DNA from: Laetmonice hystrix
Lineage: Eukaryota
Direction: 5' to 3'
Length of the DNA stretch: 64,000 nt
Assembly (NCBI GenBank): GCA_965235115.1
Contig: OZ249436.1
Coordinates: 16,866,001 to 16,930,000, forward strand
Under the pieces are notes generated by a model, which did no database searches, was not told the DNA's origin, and was given only the letters and a program-made list of their open reading frames with translations. The position numbers and the translations under genes were made by a program. The first letter of the stretch is position 1, and every line of letters starts with the position of its first letter. Below, one piece after another: positions 59,885 through 64,000 of this stretch.

Positions 59885-61681
59885 CCACGATTTTTTTATC
59901 GTAATTTCTAGTCAACGATATTTGCATAATGAAAGGTAACGTGTGAAATGGGGTTTTCTATTTATACCTCCAACGGAGACTACCCACTTCTTTCTCTTCT
60001 TCAATTACTTAATGTGTAAATGCACCACCCTTCCTTTCTTTCCTTAAATACATGTGCCTGATTACAGCTCATTATTAGCGTTCTGGCCAAATAATTTGCG
60101 ACCGTTGCCCAGAGGTCACTAAGAGGCGGCCTTGACCCTCATCTCGGTCCTTAATTATAAACAGTATATACAGTCTAAATATAGAAACTCCAGTAACCTT
60201 GGAAACCTGAGAGGAGGTATCTAAACGCACTTCTGCTGGACAGCACCTGAAAACACGTCTGTGGACACAAAAATACATGATCTAATCTCAGTCTACCTCG
60301 CCGAACGTCTTCAACACGTCACCAACTGCTACAACAGATGGAGAAAAGATTTTGAACTCGGACTCGCAGACTTACTGCTCCAAAAACGTGGGGTTTGTAT
60401 CATGTCAATCACTCCATCCCTTTCCAGCGCAGAGCTCACAACCTTTGTGTGTATTATACACGAGTAACGGATACATCTGTGTAATAATGCTGTAATCTTG
60501 ACATTGTTTTGGAGAAGGACCAGTTAAAACATCGCTAACAGGTCGCAAGAGGACCTTCACATCGGAGACCTAGAGCCAGTGAAACATAGGAATGTTCTCA
60601 AAAGCGTACACTATAAACCATATTATATATTTTTATAGATATTTTATAGATATAGCTGTTCCTTGAGAAGAAATTCACTGAGAGGTTCGACCGTTTACAG
60701 TCCGAGGGACATGTTAGTGCTTAGTTGACTTTGGTAGTTCACTGTGCCCAATTGATGCGCCCACCCTTCGCCTCCATGCTAGAGCTCTGTGACATCAGGA
60801 ACGAACTACAGGCGCACGTGACATGACATACCGCAGTGAAGACCAAAGATGAGGTAATCTACGTGCGTACTGGAGCCTATAACGTAGTTGCAAGGATACG
60901 TTTTATGTTTGCCGATGTCATCAAGCATTAGGAGTATTGACAAAGCCCCCTGACCCCCAGCGACCCCTCATGACTGATTGGTTAGCTGGGCACTGAGAGC
61001 AAGGCTCGTTCTGTCTAAACTGTTCGTCTGGTGACGATGACGTCACAATGGCGTCCTGTTTCTTGTTTGACGTGGCAGACAATGGGAGTCACTATAGTAT
61101 TAGGCGTGTTCGCCGTGAGAGTGTTAGCCAACCCACCACTACCACCCGCCATCCAATCACAGACATCACGCCCTCGTTGGAGTTTGCACCTTGGTTCCCA
61201 CCCACAATATTCGGTTTCTCCGGAAGTTCTACATGAAGACTTCCGGTCAGGCGTTATTGGGTAAATGTCCTGACGTGACGCTGCCACGACGTAACGTCAC
61301 GCGCCCTGCCGTGGGTAGGCAGCGTCTTTCATCACAGGTCGCTGTCTGTGTCTGTTGTAAACCGGACATGTTACACGTGTCCGACCATACCTTGAACAGC
61401 TCACTCAGGGAGAGACAGTGGGCCCTTCTAATCTCCTGTACAATTTGAGGGCCCTGCTGCTCAATATACTTGCGAGATTTACATGAACCGACCAGTTTTT
61501 ATATACTCCTTGTATTGTCAGAAAGTGATACATAGGCCCTATCCTAAACATATGGTCATAACAATGTGAGCCTCACCCAAAAAATGATATCATCATTAAA
61601 CATCACATGAAATACTGGAATAAAAAAATACAATGTGATCGTGCAAACCTACACTGTCCCTCAGTGCCCTCCCAGTGAGTT

Positions 61682-63360
61682 CTAATCCTCATCTTCCCAG
61701 GGTGCAACAACATTTCCCGGTTTCCCCCCATTTTCCTCATCTTCCCAGGGTGCAACAACATTTCCTGGTTTACCCCCAATTTCCTCATCTTCCCAGGGTG
61801 CAACAACATTTCCTGGTTTACCCCCAATTTCCTCATCTTCCCAGGGTGCAACAACATTTCCTGGTTTACCCCCATTTTCCTCATCTTCCCAGGGAGCGAC
61901 TACGTTAGATACCTTGTGGTTCGCCCCACCCTCCCCCTCCCCGTCCTCCTCCTCGTCGTCGTCGTCCTCCTCCTCGTCCTCCTCCTCCCATGGTGCCACC
62001 ACGTTATTGCCAGTGGTGCTGGGCACGGCGATGTTAAGGCTAAGGTTTTGGTCGTGCTTGGTGACCCGTTGGGCGAGCGCCTGGTGTTGGTGGGCGGGTA
62101 CCTCCAGCGACCTCCTCCCGGGGCTCCCGTGACGCATCAGGTCCTCCAGCTTGTTGTGGAGCGTCTTCATCGACAACCTACAATATCACGTGGTGCAGTC
62201 TCAGCTAATCACCTGCTAGACGGGTTCATGTTTATAATATACCATCATTCACAGTTATGTGTGTGCAAGATGTCGACTGAAAGATTATGGAAGGAGAGAA
62301 GACTTAGCCTTAAGATTATTCATGTCCAATTGTTTATGGCCAAAGCCAAAGCGAAGAGCAATTCATTGCCAACACTTTCCAATGATTTAATGCAATAAAA
62401 AAAAAATTAAAAATAGAGCCAGTTTGAGGGTCCGATGATATGTATGAAGATCACGTGATACGTTAGATGATATCTCACTCACCCCTTCTTGTTTTCACCC
62501 TTCACATCGCCAGTACTCCTGCAACGTGACAGTTCAATGGATCAGTTCCCACGGGTTGAGGTTGTAGGTTGATTAACAGGGTTAATTAACATCCCAGCCC
62601 TGACCTACTACAGGCTTAATGAGGGTTGACCTGTTAGAGCCTAGAGCAGTCCCGTCTCACCTCCATTAATAACACCTCCTATACCCAAATCATGATATGT
62701 TTAAACCTTCTATCGTCATCAATATAGGAGTATAAGACTGTCGGACAGGAGCACACCAAGGATTAACCTCGGGTTTAGGTCAAAGTGGAGGTTAACCCTT
62801 GCTGTCCTCACCCACCCACAGCCACACTCACCCAAAGGGCGACGACTTGTTCGACTTGCCGTTGATATCTAGCTCATGGAGGTTTCCGGTGCTGAAGGAA
62901 TGCTGGGATAGCCCGGCTTCCGTCGTCATCTTGGTTGCGACGTTCATGTCGTCCGAGGCACTACCGCGTCGTTTGGGCTTCGGGCTCGGGTTGGGAGACT
63001 TCTTCTTGGTTCCTCCAAAATTAAAAAATCTTCAAACGGAAAAACAAAGTCGTAATGTTTAAATATATCATACTGGAATGGAAGGTCTTTACCTACGGTT
63101 ATTCTGATAAATTAAAGCTATATTTAGTATCTGTAACCTTTCTTAAATCTTCGACTACAGAGAGTCTGACGTGATTTGACTGACAGTGAAGAGGAGTTTA
63201 AAAAAAGAAAGAAAGAGAGGCACAGACTTACTTTTTCTTCGGGCATGGGTTGACAGCATTAGCGAGGAGATACTTAAAGTGGTCGGACCGAATGAAGCGG
63301 TTATAACTGTCTTTCTTCATCAGCGTGTAAATATGGTCCTGGGCCTTGTCCATGGTAAAC
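61682..63360 (-). CDS. 3' part of an R7-family regulator of G-protein signalling (RGS9/11-like); 5' exons lie outside the window
   Basis: Exons 63360-63232 (RFTMDKAQDHIYTLMKKDSYNRFIRSDHFKYLLANAVNP = end of the RGS domain, RGS9-like MKKDSY), 63029-62832, 62518-62483, 62177-61682; all junctions are phase 2 GT-AG. Confidence 0.88.
61685..61905 (-). repeat. Coding 48-bp repeat encoding GNVVAPWEDEE(I/N)GGKP
   Basis: Five tandem copies plus a sixth NVVAPWE motif at about 61986-62006. Confidence 0.9.
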
Positions 63361-64000
63361 CTGGGCCAGAGACACACGTAATTATATCAGGGCCTTGTCC
63401 ATGGTAAACCTGGGCCAGAGACACACGTAATTATATCTGGGCCTTGTCCATGGTAAACCTGGGCCAGAGACACACGTAATTATATCTGGGCCTTGTCCAT
63501 GGTAAACCTGGGCCAGAGACACACGTAATTATATCAGGGCCTTGTCCATGGTAAACCTGGGCCAGAGACACACGTAATTATATCAGGGCCTTGTCCATGG
63601 TAAACCTGGGCCAGAGACACACGTAATTATATCAGGGCCTTGTCCATGGTAAACCTGGGCCAGAGACACACGTAATTATATCTGGGCCTTGTCCATGGTA
63701 AACCTGGGCCAGAGACACACGTAATTATATCAGGGCCTTGTTAATGGTAAACCTGGGCCAGAGACGCACGTAATTATATCAGGGCCTTGTCCATGGTAAA
63801 CCTGGGCCAGAGACACACGTAATTATATCAGGGCCTTGTCCATGGTAAACCTGGGCCAGAGACACACGTCATTATATCAGGGCCTTGTCCATGGTAAACC
63901 TGGGCCAGAGACACACGTCATTATATCAGGGCCTTGTTAATGGTAAACCTGGGCCAGAGACACACGTAATTATATCAGGGCCTTGTCCATGGTAAACCTG
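63341..64000 (-). repeat. 49-bp minisatellite (at least 13 copies, runs off the window) spanning an RGS exon acceptor
   Basis: Minus-strand unit TGATATAATTACGTGTGTCTCTGGCCCAG|GTTTACCATGGACAAGGCCC; the last copy holds the real acceptor (63361/63360). Confidence 0.95.

Overview
Eukaryotic, intron-rich, gene-dense window from an invertebrate (mollusc-like SINEs; taxon is inference). Eight spliced or single-exon genes can be reconstructed with GT-AG boundaries and consistent reading phase: the 3' end of an ADAMTS/ADAMTS-like gene (+), a BTB/KCTD gene nested antisense in its intron (-), ERCC6/CSB (+), ARL6IP1 (-) head-to-head with UBE2S (+), RNPS1 (-) head-to-head with EEF2KMT (+), and the 3' end of an RGS9/11-like gene (-). 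Introns and intergenic DNA hold many minisatellites, MITEs (TTAA Kolobok-like, TWA Harbinger-like, 5-6 bp TSD types), SINE remnants and a decayed LINE. Most unusual: (1) minisatellites in four different genes are built from the exon/intron junction itself, producing arrays of duplicate splice sites, and one array creates candidate 9-nt microexons; (2) the RGS9-like tail carries six copies of a PDE-gamma-like VVAPWE motif; (3) a 526-bp near-perfect palindromic TTAA element sits in an RNPS1 intron; (4) the RNPS1 start codon appears split by an intron. All calls are by eye, without database searches.
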